This document shows, piece after piece, positions 9,331 through 19,691 of a stretch of 64,000 nt of DNA. Position numbers and translations under genes: made by a program. The stretch is from the IMG/VR virus record IMGVR_UViG_2876334352_000001. One strand, given 5' to 3'. The notes under the pieces were generated by a model. The model saw nothing but the letters and a program-made list of their open reading frames with translations, ran no database searches and was not told the DNA's origin. How positions within the stretch are numbered: the stretch's first letter is position 1; each line of letters opens with the position of its first letter. Source of the stretch: a virus (taxonomy: Duplodnaviria > Caudoviricetes).

Positions 9331-10757
9331 CAGCTATTCCCCTTCAGGGTTAACAGGTATTCCGAGGTGATCTCGGTCTCAAACGTCAGTCGCTCCAGCG
9401 GTGGTGGTGGCGTGTATTTGTAGCTCAGCAACAGGTGACCGGCGGCAAGCTCCGTCTCTTCGTTGCGGGCCGGATCAAACCAGCAGCTGAAGCCCAGCAG
9501 CGCACCGTCGCCAATCAGCTTGCGACCGTAGGCGTTGACCGACTCCGTCAGCGCATCAATCAGCGCCTGGGTAATCGGCATGTCGATGTACTGCTGGCTG
9601 AAGTAACGCAGGGACTCGTTGATCACATCACCGGTACGGCGAACGTTCTCAAAGTTGCGCATATGGGTGACCGTTGGCCATGCCGCCATACGGTTGCCCC
9701 ACAGACGCAGGCCGCTGCCGTAGCTGCTGAAGACCGTGGTGATGCCCTGTTCGTTGAGCAGGTTCACCTCGCTCTGCGGGTCGTCAATCATTGCCGACAG
9801 CTGGCGCTCCACGCCGGTGATACCCAGAATTTCCTGGTTGGAGGACGACCACCAGTAGCCCTTATCCAGGTCTACCTTGGCACGCAGACCTGCAGCACGC
9901 TGGCTCAGCGGCTCCAGCCGTTCGCTGTTGGTGGCCGCGTCGTACACCTTGACGTGCGGGTAGCACAGACGGACGCGGTCGGAGCTGGTATTGAAGTTAA
10001 TGGTGCCTTCCGGACCACGCCCTGCCAGAGCCTGCGCAAAAGTGGTACCAATCGGCGCGTCGATGTAGGTCACCGCGCCCAGCTTCTCAGCCATGGCGAT
10101 AAGCTCAACCGAGACGCTGTTCTGGGTGCAGAATACCGGGGCAATCAGAATTTTGGCGAAGTAGCCAAACAGGTTGAAGCTGTCGTTAAGCAGCTTCATG
10201 CCGGTACGGTTGCCTGCCGCGTTAACGGTACCGATGATATCAGCCGGGGTGACTTTGGTCGGATCAGCATAGTTATAGCTGGCCTTCACCGTTGCATCTG
10301 CAGCAATGCTTTTACCAAGGTTAGTAATCACCCCGGTCTGCGCATCAAGCGAGTAGTCCTGACCTTCCACATAAGGCTGACCGTCGCTGTCCGGTTTCAG
10401 TACCAGCTGCGCGACCACCGGATTAGCCAGCTGTGCCTTGCCCGTCGCCTTGTCGAATGTTACGTCTTCATCGGCCACAGCGGTTTTATGCACAGCTGGA
10501 TCAAGCACGTTAATGACCAGAACGGTGCCTGCCCCATGGTCGTAGATCGCATCCAGTGCCTGCGGAATGGTAAAGCCAGTGAGCTGGCTGCCAAACGCCG
10601 CTGCATCTTTCTCAGACAGGCACTGCACCAGCGTATTGACGTCTCCCATTGGGGCGGTACCAATCAGGCCAATGACGGCGGATTTCACCGTTTTAACCGG
10701 GCGGGCACCGTTTTCCACCTCAATGGTTTCGACGCCATGCAGATAGTTAGCTGACAT
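9330..10757 (-). CDS. Tail sheath protein (P2 FI-like)
   Basis: YLHGVETIE, WSSSNQ, GLRLWGNR, PPPLERLTF. Confidence 0.95.
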   Translation of the reverse strand: MSANYLHGVETIEVENGARPVKTVKSAVIGLIGTAPMGDVNTLVQCLSEKDAAAFGSQLTGFTIPQALDAIYDHGAGTVLVINVLDPAVHKTAVADEDVTFDKATGKAQLANPVVAQLVLKPDSDGQPYVEGQDYSLDAQTGVITNLGKSIAADATVKASYNYADPTKVTPADIIGTVNAAGNRTGMKLLNDSFNLFGYFAKILIAPVFCTQNSVSVELIAMAEKLGAVTYIDAPIGTTFAQALAGRGPEGTINFNTSSDRVRLCYPHVKVYDAATNSERLEPLSQRAAGLRAKVDLDKGYWWSSSNQEILGITGVERQLSAMIDDPQSEVNLLNEQGITTVFSSYGSGLRLWGNRMAAWPTVTHMRNFENVRRTGDVINESLRYFSQQYIDMPITQALIDALTESVNAYGRKLIGDGALLGFSCWFDPARNEETELAAGHLLLSYKYTPPPPLERLTFETEITSEYLLTLKGNS

Positions 10758-11001
10758 GGGAGTCCTCCGTTTTCACATCGCTGTCGCCGCCGTTCCTGCG
10801 CTTTGGTGACTGCACAGCCGGTGTGCTGGCGGGTTTATTCTCTTCAGATACCGGCGTCAGATGCTTCAGCGCCACCAGTACCTTCACATAGTCATGCTCC
10901 TCCGGCAGGGAAACATTCTTCCCCGGCCAGAGCAGGATTTCGGTTCCGTCCGACAGCGTGACGCCGCTGGCCGGGCCGGAATAGCGGTATTCTTTCATCA
11001 C
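10747..11001 (-). CDS. Hypothetical phage protein
   Basis: Translationally coupled in the late operon. Confidence 0.7.
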   Translation of the reverse strand: MMKEYRYSGPASGVTLSDGTEILLWPGKNVSLPEEHDYVKVLVALKHLTPVSEENKPASTPAVQSPKRRNGGDSDVKTEDSHVS

Positions 11002-11462
11002 TCGCTTTCCTCATAGTTCACTTCGGTTAACAGCGGGCCGGACGGTAAATCGCTGTCTTCGATAAAGACGCTTTCGGTTGCGAAGTCGAGAGCGTACTGC
11101 CACAGCCCCTTGACCTCACCGATAAACACTTCACGGGTCAGCCAGATACGACGGCGGCAATTCGGCGGGGTGTAGCCACCGAGGATGCGGCGGACTGCAT
11201 CCAGAACGTCAATCGCACCTCTTTTACCGTTGAGCTGGCGAAAGACCACCGTGACGCAGAGCTGGATAGTCTGAGGCTGGATCACCGCACCAATATCATC
11301 GGGTTTGTCGAAGCGCGAACCGGCATAGCTCAGCAGCAACGCCCCGACAGGATGATTCAGGCGGTATTCGGACGGCTTTTCCGGGAAGTACTCCACCTGC
11401 AGCTGGGGCAGCTTCTCGCGCAACCGGGCCAGCACCGCATCGAGGACGGGCAGAACGTTCAT
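10998..11462 (-). CDS. Mu gp37-like tail terminator/completion protein
   Basis: Position after gp36; YRLNHPVGALLLSY. Confidence 0.75.
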   Translation of the reverse strand: MNVLPVLDAVLARLREKLPQLQVEYFPEKPSEYRLNHPVGALLLSYAGSRFDKPDDIGAVIQPQTIQLCVTVVFRQLNGKRGAIDVLDAVRRILGGYTPPNCRRRIWLTREVFIGEVKGLWQYALDFATESVFIEDSDLPSGPLLTEVNYEESE

Positions 11463-11908
11463 CAGTATTTCTCCAGTAAGCCGTCGCGCCCGCCAAAGGT
11501 GGGGCGGCGTGCCCGCGCTCGGATTTCACCGGACTCAGGCACATCCTTCTGAGTGGACTGCAGCCCCAGCGTCAGCTTACCGTCGCGGATAGCCTCAAGC
11601 TGACGCCTGGCCTCTTTGTTGTCGTCTTTGACGGTGTCAGGCAGATCACCTTCAGGACGACGGACATACAGGCGGTAACGCACCAGCGTGATGGCAATAT
11701 CCCGCAGAACGGTAGGCACTTCTGCCAGCGGCAGGGTATAGCGGCCACGAAGGTGCGCATCAATCAACTCCCCGGCGTAGCGAACACAGCTGTCCACAAC
11801 CGTCACATTCACCGTGGCAGGGGTGTCGAAATCCACGACCTCGTTAGTGAGCTGAATCAGCGTTGACTCAGGCACTTGTTCCTGTAAATCCGCCAGGGTG
11901 CAGTACAT
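11462..11908 (-). CDS. Mu gp36/DUF1320 head-tail connector
   Basis: True start MYCTLADL; IDAHLRGRYTLPL..IRDGKLTLG. Confidence 0.85.
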   Translation of the reverse strand: MYCTLADLQEQVPESTLIQLTNEVVDFDTPATVNVTVVDSCVRYAGELIDAHLRGRYTLPLAEVPTVLRDIAITLVRYRLYVRRPEGDLPDTVKDDNKEARRQLEAIRDGKLTLGLQSTQKDVPESGEIRARARRPTFGGRDGLLEKY

Positions 11909-11909
11909 G

Positions 11910-12266
11910 TCACACCCCGCGCAGGATGCGGATAACGTCACCTTCGGCCAGTGCCTCATCCAGCGCAATCCCGGCAGAGATGCCCGCAGGGGTATCTTCC
12001 GTGGCGGCTGTCTGGGGAACGGCGCAGGCGTTTGCATCCGACTGGACGTTCTGCCCCTTAGCAATCGCGGCACCGGCCTCGACCGCAACAATACCCAGTA
12101 CGTTGACCGGGGTTACATCACCGGCAGCGGCATCCACCTCAGCCACGCCGAGCGCGACGGCTCCGGCCTGACAAGGTGCGTTATCGGCACCGACAAAGCG
12201 CTGTTGCATAAGCGCCGAGCTGGCCGTCACGGTAGTGGTCAGAATGACCTGCTGAGTTGTACCCAT
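11910..12266 (-). CDS. Capsid decoration/cement protein (DUF2190-like)
   Basis: Small Ala/Gly-rich protein after the capsid gene; GIALDEA..GDVIRILR. Confidence 0.75.
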   Translation of the reverse strand: MGTTQQVILTTTVTASSALMQQRFVGADNAPCQAGAVALGVAEVDAAAGDVTPVNVLGIVAVEAGAAIAKGQNVQSDANACAVPQTAATEDTPAGISAGIALDEALAEGDVIRILRGV

Positions 12267-12276
12267 GACCGTCTCC

Positions 12277-13230
12277 TTATTTCACGATGTTGGTGACGAG
12301 ATACCCGGCATCGCCACCGACCACGGCGACTTTGTAGATATCGGTATAACGGCAGTACTTCACCTTGCCGCCGACGCCATCATATTTGTCCGCCACCGGC
12401 ATCCCTTTACGGCGCAGGGTGTAACCGAATGACGGCTCATTTTCGTCGGCGCTGTCAGTGCCCGGCTGGGGTTTGCCGACGTAATGCAGCATCAGGTTGT
12501 CGCGCCAGATATCGGTCGGGACTTTGTCCTTGTTTTGCGCATCTTTCATGGAGGTCATGGATACTGGCTCGCCGATCACCACATCTTCCATTTGGAAAAG
12601 GTCTTTCAGAATTTCGATGGTGATACGCTTGCGCTCGTTAGCACCAATCGCTGCCTGAATTGCCGGGTGGAACTTCAGTAGCGACATGACGCTGGCCCCC
12701 ATGGTCATCAGGTTCGGACGCAGACCGGTAGCGTTACGTACCGCTTCAATCCCGCCCTCGATGATGCCAATCGGATCACCCTGGCCACCTGCCCAGCGTT
12801 CAGCCGCAGCCAGCGCTTTGACGTTAGCTGCACGGTAGACGTTTTTGTCCTGGGCCAGACGGGCCGCATATAGCTCGCGTTTGAGGTTGACGCCGCTGGT
12901 CACACGGCGAATGGCTTTGGCCTCTTCGTTGAACATCGACTCGGCCTGCTCGCGATAGTCCACCGGCGCGGCCAGATCGTGTTCGTTGAGAACCAGGTCC
13001 AGCTTGCCGGTTTTCTCGCGTACCAGAACGTTGCTGTCAGCCCCTACGGCACGCTCGGTGTCGTACTCAACAAAGGCGGATTTACCGAAGGTCGGAACGG
13101 TCACACCTTCCTTATCGGTCTGGACAATGGGGAAGATGCGCTCGCCGATGAACGCGGCATTTTTATAACCGCGAACGATGCTGGTCAGCACCGGGTCAAC
13201 AACGCGCTTACCCTTTAAATAGTCAGACAT
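12277..13230 (-). CDS. Major capsid protein
   Basis: 317 aa; VDPVLTSI..GY.NAAFIG; follows the protease gene. Confidence 0.85.
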   Translation of the reverse strand: MSDYLKGKRVVDPVLTSIVRGYKNAAFIGERIFPIVQTDKEGVTVPTFGKSAFVEYDTERAVGADSNVLVREKTGKLDLVLNEHDLAAPVDYREQAESMFNEEAKAIRRVTSGVNLKRELYAARLAQDKNVYRAANVKALAAAERWAGGQGDPIGIIEGGIEAVRNATGLRPNLMTMGASVMSLLKFHPAIQAAIGANERKRITIEILKDLFQMEDVVIGEPVSMTSMKDAQNKDKVPTDIWRDNLMLHYVGKPQPGTDSADENEPSFGYTLRRKGMPVADKYDGVGGKVKYCRYTDIYKVAVVGGDAGYLVTNIVK

Positions 13231-13243
13231 GTTCTCTCCTTAA

Positions 13244-14341
13244 TTACAGGCAGCGGGAGACAGCAGCGTCGTAGCTGATGCCCTCTTTTTTCGACAGTTC
13301 CAGCGCTTTCTGATGCAGCGCCAGACGTTCAGGGTCGGCTTCAGCGAACTCAGCAGACGTCGTTTTGATATCCGTGTTCACGCGGTCTTTGGTCGCGTGC
13401 TCACTGAAATTCAGTACCGGGGCAGTGCCATCCAGCAGTGTCTTAAACGCCGTGGCCAGCGGGGTTCGGGTATCGCCCTCGGCGAACTCGACAGGCTTAT
13501 CGCCACCGGCTACCGCATCAAGAATGGCAACAACAACCGGTTTTGCTGCCGGGGTCAGGCGACCCGCGCCGACCAGCTTCTCGGCAAAGGAGACGTTGTC
13601 CGCGTGCAGTTTTTCCTGCCGGGTTTTCGCTTCCTGCTCTGCCCGCTGGGCGGCTTCCGCTTTCAGACGCGTGTTTTCCGTCTGAAGCGCTTTGATTTCA
13701 TCATCAGTCATGGTGCTGTTCTCTTGTTGAGGGTTGGGATTGTGTTCACTGAAGTCCGGTTCAGACTTCCCGGTGTCGCGGTAAGCCTCTTCGCGCAGGG
13801 AGTCCACCTGCCATGAAGGAAGCACCTTGTCGGTCTCGTCCAGCCCGAACTGGGCGATCAGAAAATCGCGCAGACGGCCCCATAAAGAGGCGTTGGTGAT
13901 ATCACTCCAGTCGGCAAACTCCACGACGCCTTCTTCTTTCTCACCAAACGAAACCTGCTTAAGCCCCTTAATAGACGGTGGCTGCGCCCCCAGAAAGCCG
14001 ACATGACGCAGGTAAAGCGTGCCGGGCTTCGGGTTGTTCGGTGAGTCCGGGAGATAGAACGAGGCTGAGACCTTCTTGAAGCGCCCGTTGCCCACCAGTT
14101 CGGCAAACTGCGGGTCGAGCTGGTCAGGCTCAGCCAGCAGATCGCCGCCGTTAAGCGACAGGGATTTCACCCAGCCCCACGCCGGGTCTTCCGTTTTGGG
14201 GTGGCCAATAACGAGTGGTGCTTCATGGACGGACGGGTCATAGGCTTTCACGCAGGCGGCAAGATCGCTTTGCGTGAACGGCAGTTTCGTGCCGTGCATA
14301 TCGGTATGAGTACCGGCTTTAAAAATGTGAATGGCTGGCAT
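13244..14341 (-). CDS. Capsid maturation protease/scaffold (Mu gpI-like)
   Basis: APLVIGHP, PAWGWV, KKVSASFY, YLRHVGFLGAQPP; coiled-coil C-terminus. Confidence 0.88.
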   Translation of the reverse strand: MPAIHIFKAGTHTDMHGTKLPFTQSDLAACVKAYDPSVHEAPLVIGHPKTEDPAWGWVKSLSLNGGDLLAEPDQLDPQFAELVGNGRFKKVSASFYLPDSPNNPKPGTLYLRHVGFLGAQPPSIKGLKQVSFGEKEEGVVEFADWSDITNASLWGRLRDFLIAQFGLDETDKVLPSWQVDSLREEAYRDTGKSEPDFSEHNPNPQQENSTMTDDEIKALQTENTRLKAEAAQRAEQEAKTRQEKLHADNVSFAEKLVGAGRLTPAAKPVVVAILDAVAGGDKPVEFAEGDTRTPLATAFKTLLDGTAPVLNFSEHATKDRVNTDIKTTSAEFAEADPERLALHQKALELSKKEGISYDAAVSRCL

Positions 14342-14371
14342 TTTGCTGTCCCGCGTTACGTTGTCGGGGAC

Positions 14372-14414
14372 AGTCTGTGGAAAAAGCGTCAGCAGCGCTT
14401 TTAATCTGCTTTAG
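14372..14414 (-). promoter_or_regulatory. Putative late promoter upstream of the protease (Mu PI analogue)
   Basis: TTAATCTGCTTTAG at 14401-14414 plus CAGACT at the conserved distance. Confidence 0.65.
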
Positions 14415-14555
14415 AAAAAATCGGGGGTATCAGTACGGGGAATGTCACGCTGCGGGCGAATAGTGGTGCAAAGCGGGGGCTGTAAAGCCTTTATAAAGGT
14501 AATACAGCCCCTCAGCGGCTGGCAATGATAAATCACCCGCCTGAAGAGACAAAAC

Positions 14556-15014
14556 TCAGCGACGGGCCGCTGCTTCAAGATGGCGGACAATCGTATCGAG
14601 GATAGGGACAACCACGTCAGGCTGCAGCTCACCGTCCCCCGTCAGCGGCAGGAACGGACGGGCAGGAAGTTCAACGGACTCATTACGCCCCGTTTTACCA
14701 CCGAACTGGTGAATCGGCCCATAAACGACATTAGTGCCAACCGCTGCCTGCCGGTCGTCATGGTCGGTTGATACCGACCCCATCAGACGCCCGGTATCCT
14801 GCAGCGTTTGTCCGTCGCGCTCCTGCGCTGCCAGTGAGGGAGCCCACCCCGGACGCCCCTCATCGAGAAAGTTAAACTGCGTTTCCGCCAGCAGGGTTCC
14901 GGCGATTTTGCGCATCGCGGGTTCCAGGTCTGTGGCAGCCAGGTCCAGCGCACGGAGGCTCCGGCGCAGGGATTCATCGTTAATGGTGACATTGACCAGG
15001 TTATCAGAAGCCAT
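14556..15014 (-). CDS. Virion morphogenesis protein (Mu gpG-like)
   Basis: LQDTGRL, VGTNVVYGPIHQFGG, LPARPFL; start MASDN. Confidence 0.9.
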   Translation of the reverse strand: MASDNLVNVTINDESLRRSLRALDLAATDLEPAMRKIAGTLLAETQFNFLDEGRPGWAPSLAAQERDGQTLQDTGRLMGSVSTDHDDRQAAVGTNVVYGPIHQFGGKTGRNESVELPARPFLPLTGDGELQPDVVVPILDTIVRHLEAAARR

Positions 15015-15016
15015 CG

Positions 15017-15838
15017 TTATCCTCTCAGTTCCTGCTGTGCCAGCGGTTGAAGCGTACCCTGATAGCGGGCAAGGTCGGGACGGTAGGCAGCCCCCGGCGC
15101 ATAAGACCAGCCGACGTCGGTGGCCACCTTCGTGGTGCCGGTATTGAAGGTGGCGACGTTCTGCATCTCGCCTGTTTTCTCTGAGACCAGCTTCAGCTCC
15201 CATCCCATGGCTGAGCCAGAACCTGACACCTTCAGGCCACGGGCACGCACATCCGCCGCGCTCAGGGCAATCACGCCACAGCGGCAGCGCCAGCCGTTCG
15301 GTGGGTAGAACGCCTGCCAGAACGGGTCATCATAGCGCAGTACCAGGCCATGCAGCGCCAGATGGCTCTTGCGGGTATGGCTGTCGTTGATGCCGGTATA
15401 CATCCAGTACGGCCTGTCGTCGACGTTCTCCATCTGCTCAGCCCAGCGACCGGCGCTGTAGAGTACGGACATATTGGTGCGAAAGATGGTGTCGAGCCGC
15501 CACGGGCTGCCCTGCTGGATGGTGACCGGCTCGCCCGTTACCGGGTCGGTGGTGTCACGTGGCCCCCACCATCCCTTGCGTTGCAGTTCTGGCTCCAGCT
15601 CCTGCCGGAACCAGCGGCCTGTTTTTCCTTCATCGACAGCCTGCTGCAGTGCCCCGCGAATATCTTCCAGGATATCAAGGCGGGTCACTTTGGCGACGGT
15701 AAAGGCGCGGGCATGGGCATCCTGCCACATCTCCTCCCAGTCCCACGTGAAGCTGTACCCTTTGGACTTCAGGTAACTGATAGCCCGTTTGGGGGGCAAC
15801 GTCATGCAGTACGCCAGTTCAGCCGTTGTCACGCTCAT
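15017..15838 (-). CDS. Minor head protein (Mu gpF/SPP1 gp7)
   Basis: RLDTIFRTN and YPPNGWRCRC motifs. Confidence 0.92.
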   Translation of the reverse strand: MSVTTAELAYCMTLPPKRAISYLKSKGYSFTWDWEEMWQDAHARAFTVAKVTRLDILEDIRGALQQAVDEGKTGRWFRQELEPELQRKGWWGPRDTTDPVTGEPVTIQQGSPWRLDTIFRTNMSVLYSAGRWAEQMENVDDRPYWMYTGINDSHTRKSHLALHGLVLRYDDPFWQAFYPPNGWRCRCGVIALSAADVRARGLKVSGSGSAMGWELKLVSEKTGEMQNVATFNTGTTKVATDVGWSYAPGAAYRPDLARYQGTLQPLAQQELRG

Positions 15839-17315
15839 GCAGACGCCCCCAGACAGTTGCAACAAACATAATCCGTGCCAGCCGTTCCTGCAGGTCTTCA
15901 GCGTTCATCTGCGGGTACAGCTCGGCCAGTTCGCCCAGCAGTTCAGACGGATTGACGCCATCTTCAACCCGCTTAAACAGAGGAGCCAGTACGGGTTCCA
16001 GCGTGCCATTTAACGCGCCTCCGTTCATCAGAATATCCAGCGCGTCGTCCAGGGCCTGCTGTGCCTGAATATCGGCATCAATGGCCTCGGCAAATGACAG
16101 CGGCAGCATGTTCTTCTGGCGTTCTGACGGTGGTGTCTCGTCAATATCGCCGTCCTGCAGCTGGTACTCACGCTTGAAGTATTGCGGGGTGAAGACCACA
16201 CCGGCGCGGCTGAGTTTCTCGTCGCGGGTTGCCTGGGTATCGTCGACCGTTCCCTGTTCCCACATCTTCCAGACGGGGCTGGCCACATCGCCAAAGTTCA
16301 TCGATACCGCCATCCTGATGGCCTGATTCACCGCGCTTTCCACGATATCAGCGTCAGCGTCACGGATATCATCGGTAACCTCCAGTCCGGCCTGCGCGGA
16401 GGCGCGATTACTGTTGGCCTCGGTGGTCTGGTTCTGCCCCAGCAGGGCGATGGAGATTTCACTGCGGGCAAGCGTTATCAGGTTCTGATAAATATCGCTG
16501 CTGTCGGCCTTGCCTGCGGCCTCCTTGATTTCGATAGAGGAATCGTCAGGGATAGCGGCCACCGCGTCTTCCACCATTGCCTCCATGGAGTCCAGCAGCA
16601 GGTCAATCTCACCCTGAGCCGTCCCGCGCGGATGCTTGCCGATAACCCACGGTGAGCCGTATTTCTCGGCAAAGCGCACCCAGAACTTCATGCCGCCTTT
16701 TTTGAAGGTCACGGGCCAGAAGCACATCGACAGGTCAGGGAAGCCATACGGGTTATCGTAGGTCGCGTCCTGACGCGGTACCACGAACTTGTTCAGCGGT
16801 ACCGGCTCACCTTCCAGCCCGGCGTCTTTAGCACGAAAGCGCAGCAGGTTGTCATTGTCGAACTGGAACCACTCAGGTGGTTTGCCCACGATATCTGCGA
16901 TGCCCCAGGATTTAACAGAGCGTCTCCACATGACCTCACAGGGCTGATACCCGTAGAGAACGGCGTCGGTCATCTCGCCGATGATGCGGGACAAATCCAG
17001 ATCGTCGAGCATATCCCGGATGAAGCTGAATACCCGTGCCGGGGCATGACCGCGCTCAAGACCACGCTCCAGCGACTTGACCGCCGCCTTACGCCTGCGG
17101 ATGCAGCCGCCGACCAGCGGGTCGGTACGCAGCTCGCGATAGATGCGGATATCCCGGCCCTGAGATTTAAGAATAGGGTCAGGGTTAGGCAGGTACATCC
17201 CCAGCCCGAAGAAGTCGATGGAGCGGCTGCGCGAGGCGATCTGCTCCGTCAGCGTTTTATTAGGTTCGGCAAATTTGACGAACTCACTGGGTGAAACCCA
17301 GAGTCCACGGGCCAT
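15819..17315 (-). CDS. Portal protein (Mu gp29/DUF935)
   Basis: FAEKYGSPW and ALLGQNQTT motifs. Confidence 0.92.
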   Translation of the reverse strand: MARGLWVSPSEFVKFAEPNKTLTEQIASRSRSIDFFGLGMYLPNPDPILKSQGRDIRIYRELRTDPLVGGCIRRRKAAVKSLERGLERGHAPARVFSFIRDMLDDLDLSRIIGEMTDAVLYGYQPCEVMWRRSVKSWGIADIVGKPPEWFQFDNDNLLRFRAKDAGLEGEPVPLNKFVVPRQDATYDNPYGFPDLSMCFWPVTFKKGGMKFWVRFAEKYGSPWVIGKHPRGTAQGEIDLLLDSMEAMVEDAVAAIPDDSSIEIKEAAGKADSSDIYQNLITLARSEISIALLGQNQTTEANSNRASAQAGLEVTDDIRDADADIVESAVNQAIRMAVSMNFGDVASPVWKMWEQGTVDDTQATRDEKLSRAGVVFTPQYFKREYQLQDGDIDETPPSERQKNMLPLSFAEAIDADIQAQQALDDALDILMNGGALNGTLEPVLAPLFKRVEDGVNPSELLGELAELYPQMNAEDLQERLARIMFVATVWGRLHERDNG

Positions 17316-18838
17316 CAGTAATCCTCCAGCATACGGGCCGCCTGACGACGACGGCGTGAGCTTGCCTTCACCGGCCCTTTGTTAATTTCACGGCTGGCGA
17401 AGTACGCCAGCGCCAGTGCGATGGCTGAATCCCCGTGACGCTTTCCACTGTCAGACTTCGCTTTTGAGCGCTGTTCCGGCACGCGGGGAACGCCGTTTAC
17501 CACCTGAACGGCCCGCAGGTCATCCAGCGTGTCTTCATCCTTCGGTAAATCCACCAGGTTGCCATCTTCCAGCGCAGCCTTGACCGGCGGCATATGCTCG
17601 CGATACCAGTTTTCAGTTGGCATCACCTGCTTAACCCGGCTGGAGCCGTAGCGCTGCATGGCGTATTCGGCGAGGTAAGAGCCGTTACCACGGGCATCAA
17701 GCGCCGCGCCCATCAGGTTTGGCAGGCCGTCCATCAGGTACCAGGCGATTTGCTCCTGCTGTTTGAACGGCACGTTGCGCAGCTCCAGCACGAACGGCAC
17801 GCGGCGAACCAGGTTCTTCTCCTGCAGCAGGGGATAGTCCACCGACAGGTCACCGCTGCGGCCAAAGTCGCGACCCAGGAAAGAACGTGCGTCAGCGGGG
17901 AGCGCCTCCAGCAACGGTTTCAGATGCGTATCAAGCCACTCCTGCGTCTCGCTCCAGCGGACGTCGTCGGGCTTCAGCTCGTAACCCTCCGGGCAGGTCA
18001 GGCGCAACACCGGCGTGCCAGCCGACATACGGGACTCAATCAGGGCGCGGGACAGCCAGGCTCCGCCACCGTTGGCCGGAACACAGTCAAGCTCCTCCGA
18101 TGCACCGGCACCGTAGAATTTGTATACCGATGCCATCCACGCCTGCTCGGACGCTTGCGACCATTCTTTCCCGGTACGCAGGCAGACGCGGTGGAACAGC
18201 CCCTCGGACACAGCCTCCTGAAAAGTAATGCGGTGCACGCTGCCCCCCTGACGCCCGGCCCGGATATCACCGATAAGCGTATTGAACGGGTTGTCATCAC
18301 CGTCATGGGTGGAAATAACGCGTACTTTACCGCCCCAGATAAGCATCGCCAGCGCCGCCTTCAGCAGTTCATCCAGTTGCTCATGGAACGCCGCTTCGTC
18401 GATAACGATGATGCCCTGACGGCCACGCAGGTTAGACGGGCGGCTTGAGAGCGCAACAACGCGGAAGCCTGAATCAGGGAATTTGATGGTGTAGGTCTTG
18501 ATGTGCTTGTCGTCTTCGTCCTCTTCCCAGAAACCCTCTTCGATTTCACTGGCGGCATAGTTGAATGCCCGCGCCCACATCGCACACGCCTGGATATATT
18601 CGACGGTCATGTCCTGGTTATAGGCGATGTAATACACGTTCATCCCGCCCGCAGGTGCTGAAGAGGCTGCGGTCAGCACATCATCGGACGCCTCAGCCCA
18701 GGTGATACCAGTTCGGCGGCTCTTCTCAATCACCTTCAGCGGAGAGGTGTCAGCCACCCAGCGCTGCTGGTAGGGCATCAGAACGGCGGGGATATCCAGC
18801 GCCGAGGTATCAGGCAAAACGGGAGCAAGCTGACTCAT
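17315..18838 (-). CDS. Terminase large subunit (Mu gp28-like)
   Basis: EKSRRTGIT, IDEAAFH, GRDFGRSGD, RHGDSAIA. Confidence 0.93.
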   Translation of the reverse strand: MSQLAPVLPDTSALDIPAVLMPYQQRWVADTSPLKVIEKSRRTGITWAEASDDVLTAASSAPAGGMNVYYIAYNQDMTVEYIQACAMWARAFNYAASEIEEGFWEEDEDDKHIKTYTIKFPDSGFRVVALSSRPSNLRGRQGIIVIDEAAFHEQLDELLKAALAMLIWGGKVRVISTHDGDDNPFNTLIGDIRAGRQGGSVHRITFQEAVSEGLFHRVCLRTGKEWSQASEQAWMASVYKFYGAGASEELDCVPANGGGAWLSRALIESRMSAGTPVLRLTCPEGYELKPDDVRWSETQEWLDTHLKPLLEALPADARSFLGRDFGRSGDLSVDYPLLQEKNLVRRVPFVLELRNVPFKQQEQIAWYLMDGLPNLMGAALDARGNGSYLAEYAMQRYGSSRVKQVMPTENWYREHMPPVKAALEDGNLVDLPKDEDTLDDLRAVQVVNGVPRVPEQRSKAKSDSGKRHGDSAIALALAYFASREINKGPVKASSRRRRQAARMLEDY

Positions 18839-19380
18839 GTGGCAATCCCCAGAATTTCACGACGCAGCGCCTGTACTGCATCGGTTGACAGTCCACCCTT
18901 ACGGGCAATCTTCTCGGCGTTGCTGGCTGCCTGCTGCGCTCTGGCCCGGACTTCGGACTGGAACTTCTTGAGGTTGACGGACGCGCGGGACAGCGTGGCC
19001 ACGTTCTTCGCCACCTTCGACAGCAGCGCCACGCGCTCTTTGGGGTCAACTTCGCCTTCTTCTGCTTCCTGCAGCTGGACGATGCTCTCGAACAGCTCGG
19101 TCTGAATCAGGGCGATCACCGCCTCCGAACGCGCATCCTGATCGTCAGCCGCACCTTCGGTCAGCATCCGGGCCGCTTCGGTGGCCGCACGGATAGCGCC
19201 ATAACGGCGCTCAATCTTCTGGCCATAGCGATGGATAGCCGATTTGCTGATGACGTAACCCTGCTCACGCAGCAGAGACTCCAGCTCGTTATACCCGCTG
19301 AAGCCGGATTCAGTCAGCGCCCGCTCAAGCCAGCGACGCACATCTTCCGGCAGCTTTTCTATCGTGCTGCGTCTGGCCAT
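18835..19380 (-). CDS. DUF3486/Mu gp27-like putative small terminase
   Basis: MARRSTIEKLP..SKSAIHRYG; directly upstream of TerL. Confidence 0.85.
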   Translation of the reverse strand: MARRSTIEKLPEDVRRWLERALTESGFSGYNELESLLREQGYVISKSAIHRYGQKIERRYGAIRAATEAARMLTEGAADDQDARSEAVIALIQTELFESIVQLQEAEEGEVDPKERVALLSKVAKNVATLSRASVNLKKFQSEVRARAQQAASNAEKIARKGGLSTDAVQALRREILGIAT

Positions 19381-19691
19381 TATTCACTCCAGTACTTTTC
19401 CGGGCGGGCGATGCCGGGGCCGCATTCCACGGTGTATTCCACCAGGTCGACGCCGAGTCGGGTCAGGTCGGCAAACCAGTCGCCGGAGGGTTTTTTCTCC
19501 AGATCTACCATCTTGCGGTCGGCCAGATAATCCAGCTCACGGCGCAGCTCCAGCTGCGTGGTGTCCGGGTAGATGGCGCGGGATACATCCAGCAGCAGCG
19601 TCTCGCTGGCGGTATACGGGCGGGTTTTGTTCAGAGCAACCAGCAGACTCCAGCGCAGGGATTCCCGGCGCACGCGGGCGATATCAACCAT
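19380..19691 (-). CDS. Mu gp26-like winged-helix protein
   Basis: ELDYL..ADLTRLGVDLVE..PGIARP; start MVDIAR. Confidence 0.75.
   Translation of the reverse strand: MVDIARVRRESLRWSLLVALNKTRPYTASETLLLDVSRAIYPDTTQLELRRELDYLADRKMVDLEKKPSGDWFADLTRLGVDLVEYTVECGPGIARPEKYWSE

Noticed and set aside
9435-10754. 439-aa + strand ORF and similar long antisense ORFs in the prophage and hsdR
   Set aside because: Shadow frames opposite well-supported genes
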